Shown: positions 6,831 to 16,041, counted from the first letter of the stretch. The stretch is 64,000 nt of DNA from an uncultured Actinomycetota bacterium (GCA_963849885.1 CAWKIV010000006.1:653032-717031); one strand, 5' to 3'. Made by a program: numbers and translations. The notes: a model not told the origin generated them from the sequence alone.

Positions 6831-8741
6831 ATGCGTGCTCCGGTACGGGCGGTGGTGGGACTGGCGGCGGTGGCGGTCGGGCTGGCCGGCTGCACCGGAG
6901 CGGGAGCGGGACCCGGGCCGGACCCCGGGTCGCCGCCCGAGCCGGCGCCGGCGATCCGGCTGGTCGCCTTCGACTCCTGCGGGTCCGCGCTGCGCGAGCT
7001 GACCCGGGCCGCGGACCCGTACGTCGGGCCGTACGGGCTGCCGGCGCCGGGCGTCTGGGATGCCAGGGCGCGGACCGGGGGGCCGGACAGCGTCGCGGCC
7101 GGCGACGCCGCGGCCGCACCGAGCGCACCGCAGCCGCCGCCGGCGCACTCGACGACGACCGCTCACGAGGCCGGCGTGGACGAGCCGGACGTGGTCAAGA
7201 CCGACGGCCGGCGGATCGTCAGCGTGCTCGGCGACCGGCTGCGGGTGGTCGACCTGGCCGACCGGCGGGTGACCACCGTCCCCGGCCTCCCGTCCGGCCC
7301 GATGTCGCAGCTGCTGCTGCACGGGGACCGGGCCCTGGTGGTGGTGCCGTACGGCGGGGGCGACCGGGCCGGCGGCCCGGCCGGGGCCCGCTTCGTGCTG
7401 GTCGACCTCACCGGGGCCGGCCGGGTCCTGGAGACGCTGACCGTGGACGGCGCGTACGTCGACGGCCGGCAGGTCGGCGGGGTGGCCCGGCTGGTGGTGC
7501 GGTCCGGTCCGCGGCTGACGTTCGTCCAGCCGCACGAGCGGCTGTCCCCCGACGCCGCCCAGCGGGAGAACCGCCGGATCGTGGCCCGGTCGGCCATCGA
7601 CGACTGGCTGCCCCGCTACCAGCTCGACGGCGGCGGCAGCCGGCAGCAGGGCCGGCTGGTGGACTGCGCCCGGGTCAGCCGCCCGGCGGCGTACTCCGGG
7701 GCCTCGATGCTCACCGTGCTGACCGTCGACCTGGCCGGCCGGCTCGGCACCGGCGACCCGGTCGGCGTCGTGGCCGACGGCGACGTGGTCTACGGCACCG
7801 CCACCAGCCTGTACGTGGCCGCCCAGGAGTGGCCGGCCACGGCCGACGGCCCGCTCCGCGGGCCGGCGCGGCCCCGGGCCCGGCCGCAGCGCACCGAGGT
7901 GCACAAGTTCGACCTGCCCGGGGCCGGCCGGCCGCGGTACGCCGCGTCCGGGTCGGTGTCCGGCTGGCTGCTCAACCAGTACGCGCTGTCCGAGCACGAC
8001 GGCCGGCTCCGGGTGGCGACCACGCTCGACCTCGGCAACGGCCGGGACACCTGCTGCGACGGGCCGCCGCGGACCGAGAGCGCGGTCACCGTGCTGGAGC
8101 CGCGGGACGACCGGCTGGTCCTGGTCGGCCGGCTCGGCGGCCTGGGCAAGGGCGAGCAGATCTTCGCGGTCCGCTTCGTCGGGCCGGTCGGCTACGTGGT
8201 CACCTTCCGGCGGACCGACCCGCTGTACACAGTGGACCTCAGCGACCCGGCGCGGCCGCGGGCGGTGGGCGAGCTGAAGATCACCGGCTACTCGGCGTAC
8301 CTGCACCCGACCGGGGAGACCACCCTGCTCGGCGTCGGCCAGGAGGCGACCGACCAGGGCCGCACGCTCGGCACCCAGGTCTCCCTCTTCGACGTCGGCG
8401 ACCCGGCCCGGCCGCGGCGGACCGCGCAGCACCAGGTGGCGTACGGGCACTCCGAGGTGGAGTTCGACCCGCACGCCTTCCTCTACTGGCCGGCCGCGCG
8501 GCTCGCGGTGCTGCCGGTGCTGCCGGGGACGGCGGCCGGGCCGCAGCGCGGCGCCGGCGCGCTGGTGCTGCGGGTCGGCGACGGCCGGCTCGACCCGGTC
8601 GGCACCGTCCGGCACCCGCAGGACGTGACGATCCGGCGGTCGCTGGTGGTCGGCGACACCCTGTGGACGGTCTCCGACCTCGGCGCCCGCGCGGTCGCGG
8701 TCGCCGACCTGGCCGACCGGGGCTGGGTGCCGTTCAGCTGA
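6831..8741 (+). CDS. Beta-propeller domain-containing lipoprotein (Beta_propel-like)
   Basis: ATG at 6831, in frame with track ORF 6066..8741. Signal peptide plus lipobox (VGLAGC). Conserved stretches VVKTDGRRIV, YGTATSLYVA, WLLNQYALSEHDGRLRVATT, IFAVRFVG..GYVVTFRRTDPLYTVDLSDP, KITGYSAYLHP and FDPHAFLYW are typical of this family. Confidence 0.85.
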   Translation: MRAPVRAVVGLAAVAVGLAGCTGAGAGPGPDPGSPPEPAPAIRLVAFDSCGSALRELTRAADPYVGPYGLPAPGVWDARARTGGPDSVAAGDAAAAPSAPQPPPAHSTTTAHEAGVDEPDVVKTDGRRIVSVLGDRLRVVDLADRRVTTVPGLPSGPMSQLLLHGDRALVVVPYGGGDRAGGPAGARFVLVDLTGAGRVLETLTVDGAYVDGRQVGGVARLVVRSGPRLTFVQPHERLSPDAAQRENRRIVARSAIDDWLPRYQLDGGGSRQQGRLVDCARVSRPAAYSGASMLTVLTVDLAGRLGTGDPVGVVADGDVVYGTATSLYVAAQEWPATADGPLRGPARPRARPQRTEVHKFDLPGAGRPRYAASGSVSGWLLNQYALSEHDGRLRVATTLDLGNGRDTCCDGPPRTESAVTVLEPRDDRLVLVGRLGGLGKGEQIFAVRFVGPVGYVVTFRRTDPLYTVDLSDPARPRAVGELKITGYSAYLHPTGETTLLGVGQEATDQGRTLGTQVSLFDVGDPARPRRTAQHQVAYGHSEVEFDPHAFLYWPAARLAVLPVLPGTAAGPQRGAGALVLRVGDGRLDPVGTVRHPQDVTIRRSLVVGDTLWTVSDLGARAVAVADLADRGWVPFS

Positions 8742-9480
8742 CCAGCAGGGCCAGCACCGCGGCCGGGTCCTCGACGTGCGCGTTGTGGCCCAGGCCGGGC
8801 AGCGTGACCGCGTCCGGCCGCAGCGCGGCCAGCTGGTCGGCGCCGACCATCGGGTCGGTCTCGCCGCGGGCCAGCACCACCCGGGCCCGGCAGGCGGCCA
8901 GCAGGCCGGGCAGGTCCGGGGCGCCGACCGCGAACGCCTTCGGGTCCAGGGCCAGCCGCCAGCCGCCGGCGTGCTCGCGCAGGCCGGCGGTCACCGCGGC
9001 GCCGCCGGCCGGCAGCAGGCCGGCCAGGCCGGACACCCGCAGGTGCCGGGCCGCGGCCTCGTCCCGGGTGGCGAAGTCCGGCACCGGCCGGTCGGCGAGC
9101 GCCCGGGCCCGGTCCAGCTCCGCGCCGGTCCAGGCCACCTTGATGCCCAGCCCGACCACGGTCTCCACCGGCGCGCCGAACCAGCCGCTGCCCAGCGCCA
9201 GCCCGACCACGCCGCCCAGCGAGTGGCCGAGCACCACGGTGCGGCCGGCCGGCTCGACCAGGTCGGCGAGCGCGGCGGCCAGCCCGCCGAACGAGTACCG
9301 CGGCAGCGGCGCCGACCCGCCGTGCCCGGGCAGGTCCGGCGCCAGCCAGCGGCCCGGCCACCGCTCGGCCAGCAGCGGCCGCCAGCCGTCCCACACGTCC
9401 GCGGTCGCGCCGAGCCCGTGCAGCAGGAGCAGCACCGGCTCGCCGGCGCCGCCCCCGGTCACCCGCAGTCGATCAGCCAC
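8734..9480 (-). CDS. Alpha/beta hydrolase
   Basis: 248 aa. HGLG oxyanion motif, GHSLGG nucleophile elbow and C-terminal GHNAH. Confidence 0.85.
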   Translation of the reverse strand: MADRLRVTGGGAGEPVLLLLHGLGATADVWDGWRPLLAERWPGRWLAPDLPGHGGSAPLPRYSFGGLAAALADLVEPAGRTVVLGHSLGGVVGLALGSGWFGAPVETVVGLGIKVAWTGAELDRARALADRPVPDFATRDEAAARHLRVSGLAGLLPAGGAAVTAGLREHAGGWRLALDPKAFAVGAPDLPGLLAACRARVVLARGETDPMVGADQLAALRPDAVTLPGLGHNAHVEDPAAVLALLVS

Positions 9481-9493
9481 GCCGGGAGCGTAG

Positions 9494-10279
9494 CTACCGG
9501 AGCAGCCGGACGAGCAGCTCCTGCACCGCCGGGCCCGGCGCGACGCCGAGCTCCTCCCGCAGCAGCGCGCGCAGCCGCTCGTACGTGACCAGCGCCGCGG
9601 CCACGTCGCCCTGGTCGGCCTGGGCCCGCATGAGCAGCCGGTGGCCGGTCTCGCTCAGCGGGGCGAGCTCGACCAGCCGGCGGGCCGCCCGCTCGGCGCC
9701 GCCGAGCTCGCTGCCGCCGATGCCGAGGCAGGCCTCGGCGTAGTACGACAGCGCGCGCTGGTGCACCAGGTCGAGCCGGCCCCGCCACTCGTCGATCCAG
9801 TCGCCGTCCGCCTCCGGCAGGAACCGCCGGCGGGTGACCAGCTGCGCCGCGAGCGCCCGGGACCAGGCGCGCGGCCACTGGTGCTGGGCGACCGCGGACT
9901 CCGCCTCGTGCACGGCCGCCAGCGCCAGCTCGACGTCGACCCGGGCCGCCGCCGGCAGCCGCAGGGTCACCGCGGTCCGGCCGGCCAGCACGTCCCGGCC
10001 GAGCACGGCGCGCACCTTGGAGAGCAGCACCACGAGCGAGGCCGCGGCGGCGTCCGGGTCGGCGTCCGGCCAGAGCGCGTCGACCAGGGTGGCCCGGTCG
10101 ACCGGGTGCGGCCGGCGGACGGTGAGGAAGGCGACCAGCAGCCGGGCCCGTCGGCCGGGCAGGGCGGCATCGACCGGGCGGCCGCCGAGCTCGACGGTGA
10201 ACCGGCCGCAGAGCTGGATCCTGGCGCTGGAGTCCGTCACGGCAACTTTCCGGCAAGGTTGTGGTCGGTATTGTGGCAA
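9494..10279 (-). CDS. SARP/AfsR-type transcriptional regulator (winged-helix plus BTAD domain)
   Basis: IQLCGRFTVELGGRPV...LLVAFLTVRRPHPVDRATLVDALWPD is an OmpR-type DNA-binding region. It is followed by a BTAD-like helical domain (...RLLMRAQADQGDVAAALVTYERLRALLREELGVAPGP). The true start may be the GTG at 10240. Confidence 0.8.
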   Translation of the reverse strand: MPQYRPQPCRKVAVTDSSARIQLCGRFTVELGGRPVDAALPGRRARLLVAFLTVRRPHPVDRATLVDALWPDADPDAAAASLVVLLSKVRAVLGRDVLAGRTAVTLRLPAAARVDVELALAAVHEAESAVAQHQWPRAWSRALAAQLVTRRRFLPEADGDWIDEWRGRLDLVHQRALSYYAEACLGIGGSELGGAERAARRLVELAPLSETGHRLLMRAQADQGDVAAALVTYERLRALLREELGVAPGPAVQELLVRLLR

Positions 10280-10317
10280 TGCCCGGCGGCAGCCTCAACG
10301 GCGTAAAGGGGTCGCAG

Positions 10318-10479
10318 GTGAGCAGGCAGGTCCACTGCGAGTGCGGCTACGTGGCCCGGGGCGAGAGCGACGACGAGGTGATCGAGCTCGTCCTGGAGCA
10401 CGTGCGCCGCGACCACCCCGATCTGGCCGGGACCGAGGGACCGGAGGAGATCCGGGGCTGGATCGAAGTGGTCGGCTGA
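10318..10479 (+). CDS. DUF1059-like small metal-binding protein
   Basis: GTG at 10318 gives about 53 aa (VSRQVHCECGYVARGESDDEVIELVLEHVRRDHPDL), which resembles DUF1059 proteins. The longer track ORF from 10261 is probably too long. Confidence 0.65.
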   Translation: MSRQVHCECGYVARGESDDEVIELVLEHVRRDHPDLAGTEGPEEIRGWIEVVG

Positions 10480-10528
10480 CGCCGCGACCCCCGAGCGGAC
10501 CCGAGGGTCCGGACCGAGAGGGGACGTC

Positions 10529-11584
10529 GTGGCGATCGACGAGGACAAGCTGACCGAGCTGATGGGCCGGTTCGTGGCCGACCTGGGGGCGACCGTGACC
10601 GCCGCCAACCTGGTGGTGGGCGACCGGCTCGGGCTCTACCGCGGGCTGGCCGAGATCGGCCCGGCCTCCTCCGCGGACCTGGCCACCCGCACCGCGACGG
10701 CGGAGCGGTACGTCCGGGAGTGGCTGCGCGGCCAGGCGGCCGGCGGCTACGTGACGTACGAGCCGGAGACGGACCGCTACCGGCTGACCGAGGAGCAGGC
10801 GCTGGCCTTCGCCGACCCGGACGGGCTGGCCCTGCCGGGCGCGTTCCAGCTCGCCGCGGCGTGCTTCCGGGAGGCGGCGGTCATCACCGAGGCGTTCCGG
10901 ACCGGCGCCGGCTTCGGCTGGCACCAGCACGACCCGGAGGTCTTCACCGGCACCGAGCGGTTCTTCCGGCCCGGGTACGTGGCCAACATCGTGTCGTCCT
11001 GGATCCCGGCGCTGGACGGGATGGTGGACCGGCTGACCGCCGGCGGCACGGTCGCCGACGTCGGCTGCGGACTCGGCACGTCGAGCCGGCTGATCGCGGA
11101 GGCGTTCCCGGCCAGCACGGTGGCCGGCTCCGACTACCACGCCGAGTCGATCCGGCTGGCGGCCAAGGCGGCCGCGGACGCCGGGCTGGCCGACCGGGTG
11201 CGCTTCGAGGTGGCGGCCGCGGACGCCTTCCCCGGCACCGGCTTCGACCTCGTCGCGACCTTCGACGCCCTGCACGACATGGGCGACCCGGTCGGCGCCG
11301 CCCGGCACATCCGGCAGGCGCTGGCGCCGGACGGCACCTGGATGCTGGTCGAGCCGTACGCCGAGGACGACGTGGCCGGCAACCTCGGCCCGGTGGGCCG
11401 GCTGTACTACGGCTTCTCCACCTTCCTCTGCGTGCCGCACGCCATCTCCGAGCACGCCACCGACGCGCTCGGCAACCAGGCGGGCGAGCCGAGGATGCGG
11501 GAGATCGCCGCGGCGGCCGGCTTCACCCGGTTCCGCCGGGCCGCCGAGACCGCGTTCAACATCGTGTACGAGGTCCGGCCCTGA
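10529..11584 (+). CDS. Class I SAM-dependent methyltransferase with N-terminal winged-helix dimerisation-like domain
   Basis: 351 aa with SAM motif VADVGCGLG and DLVATFDALHDMGDP. Confidence 0.85.
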   Translation: MAIDEDKLTELMGRFVADLGATVTAANLVVGDRLGLYRGLAEIGPASSADLATRTATAERYVREWLRGQAAGGYVTYEPETDRYRLTEEQALAFADPDGLALPGAFQLAAACFREAAVITEAFRTGAGFGWHQHDPEVFTGTERFFRPGYVANIVSSWIPALDGMVDRLTAGGTVADVGCGLGTSSRLIAEAFPASTVAGSDYHAESIRLAAKAAADAGLADRVRFEVAAADAFPGTGFDLVATFDALHDMGDPVGAARHIRQALAPDGTWMLVEPYAEDDVAGNLGPVGRLYYGFSTFLCVPHAISEHATDALGNQAGEPRMREIAAAAGFTRFRRAAETAFNIVYEVRP

Positions 11585-11590
11585 CCCGCG

Positions 11591-12603
11591 CTACGCCCCG
11601 CTGCCCGCGGCGCCGAGCGGCGGGCGGTGCAGCCAGTCCAGCAGGTCCGGCGGGGCCAGCTCGGCGGCGCGGGCCGCGTACCGGGCGGTGCCGGCCGCGC
11701 CGAGCTCCTCCCGGCCGGCGCCGGACCGGCCGCGGCGGAAGAACGCGGCCCGGTCCTTGAGCACGCCCCCTTTGTCCGGGGCGAGCTGGTCGGCGCGCGC
11801 CCGCATCCGCTCGAAGCGGGCCGCGTCGACCAGCTCCGGGGTGGGCGGGGCCAGGTCCAGCCGGGCGGCCAGTCGGCGCATCTCGCCGGCGAGGTCGGTG
11901 GACAGGTCGTGGTAGTGCACCAGCACCACGTTGGGCTCGTCCCGCCGCCGCCAGGCGTCGGCCAGGTGGGCCAGCACGCCGGGCAGCGAGTCCAGCTCCT
12001 CCCGCGGGTCGGCGTCCCGGTCGACCCAGCGGGCGACCGCCTCGGCCACCGACCGCCGCGGCGCCGACGACCCGCCCTCCAGCCCCTGCCCGTCGCCCGG
12101 CGGCGGGCCGGCGCCCGGCGGCGGGTCGGCGCCCAGCGGCGGCCGGCCGGCGGCGGTGCGGCCGGCCCAGCGGCGGCCGGCGGCTGGCCGGCCGGCGGCT
12201 GGCCGGCCAGCTCGCGGACCCGGGCGCGGTCGATGTTGTCGCTCTGGTGGACCAGCGAGACGATCATGTCCAGCGGGTGCCGGCCGACCACGACGTAGGT
12301 CGCCCGCGGGTCGATCGGCACGCCGTCCAGCGGGGTATGGGTCTTGATCACCCGCCGGTGCGGCTGCGCGGCGAGCCGGGCGACGACCTCGTCCCGCGGC
12401 TCGACCAGCCAGTCCAGCCACGGCGACAGCTCGATCAGCGGGCGCGGCAGCTCCGGCGTCCGCAGGATGAGCAGCAGGCAGATCATCTGCACCCAGGTGG
12501 TGCCGCTCTTCGACCGGGTGCTCACCACCACGTCTCCGGCCCGGAACGGGAAGCCCTCCCACCGCGCGCTGTCTTCCTCGGGCGATCGGTAGCGAACCGT
12601 CAC
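11591..12603 (-). pseudogene. Sulfotransferase family protein, reading frame broken in an internal Pro/Ala/Gly-rich repeat
   Basis: The N-terminal half (from 12603) carries the PAPS-binding STRSKSGTTW and RVIKTHTP motifs in one frame. The C-terminal half (LDSLPGVLAHLADAWRRRDEPNVVLVHYHDL...FFRRGRSG, stop at 11591) is in another frame. The switch falls in GC-only short repeats near 12120-12170. Confidence 0.75.
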
Positions 12604-12624
12604 CCGCGTACCGTAACGCCGCGA

Positions 12625-14101
12625 TCAGGCGACCCGTTGTGGCGTGCTGCCGGCCGGCCCCGGTGGCGCGGCGGTCCACCGGCCGGTCGGGTCGCGGCCC
12701 AGCCTCCACCGTCCCTCATGGACGGTGCGGTGGTGACGACGGCACAGCAGCACCAGGTTGTCGAGGCTGGTGGCGCCGCCGTCGGCCCAGTGTCGGACGT
12801 GGTGGGCATCGGTCCAGGGCGGCGGGCGGTCGCAGCCCGGGAAGGCGCAGCCCCGATCCCGGACCACGAGCGCCGTCCGGATCGCGGGTGGGACCACCCG
12901 GCTGCGCCGGCCGACGTCGAGCGGCCGGCTGGCCGGGTCCAGCACGACGCGGGTGACGGAGGCGTCCAGGCGAGCCGGCGAGCGGCCTCCGCGCCGATCA
13001 CCCCCCCCACACCGTGTCGGCACTCCCCGCCGCCAGACCGCCCGTCATCCGGGAGCCCCGCCCGGAGCCATCACCGCCGGCCCTGGCGTCAGCCCGACCG
13101 CCGTCCATGCCGGGGGCGGTGGCCGAGCGCGCTACCGCGGCCGGACTCCCCACCGCAACCGGATCCCCCACCGCAGCCGGATTCCCCGCCGCAGCCGGAT
13201 GCGCAGCGGCGGACAGGAGCGCTGCGGCGGTCGGGGGGCAGCTCGCGGTGTCGCAGGCCGAGCCCGCCCGCCCGGGAACACCGGGCTCGGGACGGGAGGG
13301 CAAGGCGGCGAGTGGGACCAGCACGGTCAGGTGGGGCCGCTCGCCGCCCGCCGCGGGCAGCGCGCCGCCGTCGAGCGCCCGGCGGCACAGCTCGACCAGC
13401 CCGTCGGCCCGACGGTGGCTGGGGCTGCGGTCGTCGTCCGGGCCGGAGCGTCCGCACAGCGGGGCGAGCGCGGTGAGCAGCGCCTCGCCGCCCTCGGCGT
13501 CGAGCACGCCGTTGACCACCACGGTGCCGTCGAACGTGCTCGCCACGTCGAGATGGCGGCGCCGGTGCGCCGCCTCGTCGGCGGCGATCGCCACTTCCGG
13601 GACCAGCGCATGCCTGGCGTGCGCGATCTCCCGCCGCAGTCGGGCGGGGTCGCACCGCCGGCCGGCCTCCAGCAGCGGCACGGTCGCCGCGGCCGCGAGC
13701 GGCGCTCCCGCAGCCTCCTCGAGCTCGGCGAGCGCGGTCGTGACCAGCTGGGCATGGTCCACCGAGATGTCGCCGGCGACGAGGCCGGCATCGACCGCGG
13801 AATTCGCGCTCAGGCGCCGCGCCAGCACGACCCGCCGCCGGGCGACGCCGGGCGACAGCCGGCAGGCGGACCGGAGCCAGGTCGCCGTCCCGGTCTCCGC
13901 CGGGAGGGAACCCGAGCCATCGAGGACGGCGACCAAGCGGGACCAGACCCCCTCGAGGCCGTCGATCAGCCGCCGCAGCTCGACCACGCCCTCGCCGACC
14001 TCCGTCGCGGGCCGGTCCGTCCAGTCCTCGGCGGCCAGCGCCGACACCGCGATCCGGAGCCGGTGAAGACCGGGCTCCGTCGAGTCGCGGGTGTCGAACA
14101 T
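12625..14101 (-). pseudogene. DUF222/HNH endonuclease (13E12-repeat-like), frameshifted at a C8/G8 homopolymer
   Basis: The N-terminal DUF222-like part (ATG 14101 ... stop at 12998) and the HNH part (CAFPGCDRPPPWTDAHHVRHWADGGATSLDNLVLLCRRHH, 12625..13023) are in different frames. They overlap at the C run at 13001-13008. Removing one base joins them into one continuous ORF. Confidence 0.8.
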
Positions 14102-14183
14102 GTGTTCGATCGTACCGTAAAGAACGCCTTTCTGCCGCCCGACCGGAGGGCCGCGATAGCTTTGATGCGATAGGGTTGGAGGT

Positions 14184-14453
14184 ATGACTGCGGAGCGGCC
14201 GCTGCCGGTGTTCCCCGGGCTGCGCGAGCTGGCCGAGCGGCGCCGTCGTGGGGTGATCGACGAGCTGGCGGCCGCCCGGCGCGAGCAGGGCCTGTCCCAG
14301 ACGGTGGTCGCGGCCCGGATGGCGACCTCCCAGTCCGTGGTGGCCCGGCTGGAGTCCGGCGCCATCGACGTGCGACTGTCCACACTGGAGCGGTACGCGG
14401 CCGCGGTGGACCGCGACCTCGAGCTGCGGCTGCGCCCGCCGGACCCGCGATGA
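14184..14453 (+). CDS. XRE-family helix-turn-helix protein
   Basis: 89 aa. The HTH_3-like core is GLSQTVVAARMATSQSVVARLESGAIDVRLSTLERYAAAV. Confidence 0.85.
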   Translation: MTAERPLPVFPGLRELAERRRRGVIDELAAARREQGLSQTVVAARMATSQSVVARLESGAIDVRLSTLERYAAAVDRDLELRLRPPDPR

Positions 14454-15136
14454 GCGCCGCGTACGAGCCGCCGCACGGGCCGCCGGAGTTCCCGCCCGGC
14501 CGGCCGCCGCTGCAGCCGATCGTGCCTCGCTGGACCCCGCCGCAGCCCGGCCGCCCGGAGCCGTCCCGGTCGCCGCTGCCCGGCTTCCCGCTGGTCGCGC
14601 CGCCGTCGCCCGGCTCCGCCGAGGACCGGCTGCGGGAGCGCGGGATCGTGCTGCTGTCCGGCTTCCTCGACGGCGCCGCCGCCCAACGGGCCGCGGCCGC
14701 CCTGATGCTGCTGGACGCCGAGCACGACGGGCCGGTCCGGCTGCACCTCGGCTGCCCGGACGGCGACCTCGACGCCGCGCTGCTGCTGGCCGAGACCGTC
14801 GACCTGCTCACCCTGGACACCACCGCGCTGGTCACCGGCGTGCTCGGCGGGCCGGTGCTCGCCGTGCTGGCCGCGGCCGGCCGCCGGGAGGCGCACCGGC
14901 ACGCGTTGCTCCGGCTGCGGGAGCCGACCGGCACCGCGGCCGGCCGGGCCGACCGGCTGGCCGCGGACGCCGAGCAGCACGCCCGGCAGGTCGCCCAGCT
15001 GCACGAGCGGCTGGCCGCGGCGACCGGGCGGGACGCCGCTGAGATCGCCGACGACCTGCGGGCCGGCCGGCTGCTCACCGCCGAGCAGGCCGTCGACTAC
15101 GGCCTGCTCCACGCCGTGCGGCCCGACCGCCGCTGA
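14450..15136 (+). CDS. ClpP-like protein lacking the catalytic triad, with a proline-rich N-terminal extension
   Basis: The ATG at 14450 overlaps the XRE stop (ATGA). Residues about 60-222 are colinear by eye with the E. coli ClpP core (VLLSG...LHLGCPDGDL...LVTGVLGGPV...LRLREP...LLTAEQAVDYGLL). The Ser/His/Asp positions read Gly133/Arg157/Gly206. The first about 55 aa are strongly Pro-rich. Confidence 0.7.
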   Translation: MSAAYEPPHGPPEFPPGRPPLQPIVPRWTPPQPGRPEPSRSPLPGFPLVAPPSPGSAEDRLRERGIVLLSGFLDGAAAQRAAAALMLLDAEHDGPVRLHLGCPDGDLDAALLLAETVDLLTLDTTALVTGVLGGPVLAVLAAAGRREAHRHALLRLREPTGTAAGRADRLAADAEQHARQVAQLHERLAAATGRDAAEIADDLRAGRLLTAEQAVDYGLLHAVRPDRR

Positions 15137-15267
15137 CAGCTCGGCGGCCGCAGCTGACCGGACCGCCCGACCGCCGCTCGCCAGACGGCGGCTACCGCTG
15201 ACCGGACGGCAGCGGCCGGCAACCGGACGGCCCGACCGCCATCGACGGACCAGTTGGTGTCAACGGG

Positions 15268-16041
15268 TCAGGTCACCCGCGCCACCGTCGAGGTGCCGTA
15301 GCGGGCGGCGACCAGCGACTTGATGCCGGCCGGGAAGGACGCGGCGGCGGCCAGGTGGGCGGCGGTCAGCTGCCGCTGGGCCGCCGGGTCGCCGGTGAAG
15401 GCGGCCGCACAGAGTGCCGGCTCCGCGTTGGCCAGCGCGAGGATCGCACCCGGGCAGCCGAGCGGGCCGGCGAAGGACAGCACCGCGGACGAGCCCGGGT
15501 AGAGGTGACCGTCCCAGACGGACAGCGTGTGCAGCAGCCGCTCCGGGTCGCCGCTGGAGTCCTTCGCGCCGATCACCGGCAGGTCCGGCAGCAGCGCGAC
15601 CGGGATGCCGGGCGGGGACGCGGCCGGGAAGTGGTACGCCAGCAGCGGCAGGTCGCCGGCCGCCGCGGCCACTTCCGCGTAGTACGGCCGGGGGTCCGGC
15701 ACCCGGCGCGGGGACAGCACCAGCGCGGCGTCCGCGCCGGCGTCCCGGGCCGCCGCGGTGCGCCGGGCGGCCTGACCGGCCCAGCCACCGCCGGTGCCGG
15801 CGAGCACGGTCACCCCGTCCAGCCGGCCGCGCACCGCGTCCAGCAGCCGGCGGCGCTCGTCCTCGTCCAGGGTGTCGGCCTCGCCGGTCGAGCCGGCGAC
15901 CACGACCGCGCGCACGCCGTCGTCGACCAGCCGGGCGGCCAGGTCCGCGGTGGCGGCGGCGTCGACCGCGCGGGTGTCGTCGAAGAGCGTGACCAGGGCG
16001 ACGCCGATCCCGGTGAAGGGCGGCGATGCGGCAGCATCCAC
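15268..16041 (-). CDS. Dihydrodipicolinate synthase/N-acetylneuraminate lyase family protein
   Basis: 257 aa with a GTG start. The patterns VALVTLFDD...VVVAGSTGE...L..DER...AG.G and IGAKDSSGD are typical of the DapA family. Confidence 0.8.
   Translation of the reverse strand: MDAAASPPFTGIGVALVTLFDDTRAVDAAATADLAARLVDDGVRAVVVAGSTGEADTLDEDERRRLLDAVRGRLDGVTVLAGTGGGWAGQAARRTAAARDAGADAALVLSPRRVPDPRPYYAEVAAAAGDLPLLAYHFPAASPPGIPVALLPDLPVIGAKDSSGDPERLLHTLSVWDGHLYPGSSAVLSFAGPLGCPGAILALANAEPALCAAAFTGDPAAQRQLTAAHLAAAASFPAGIKSLVAARYGTSTVARVT

Noticed and set aside
6192-8615. Very long track ORFs on the opposite strand or in other frames of recognisable genes (for example 6192..8615 -, 15260..17917 -, 15355..18432 +, 37061..39478 +, 48022..50955 +, 58538..60943 +)
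   Set aside because: They have Arg/Pro/Gly/Ala-dominated, low-complexity translations and no family signatures. Each fully overlaps a gene with a clear family identity and better third-position G/C bias. This is the expected stop-codon-poor artefact of DNA above 70% GC.
12625-15136. A prophage or mobile island around the HNH / XRE / ClpP-like genes (ClpP-like as a phage prohead protease)
   Set aside because: No integrase, terminase, capsid or portal genes, no tRNA attachment site and no flanking long repeats are seen. The ClpP-like protein lacks the catalytic residues a prohead protease needs.
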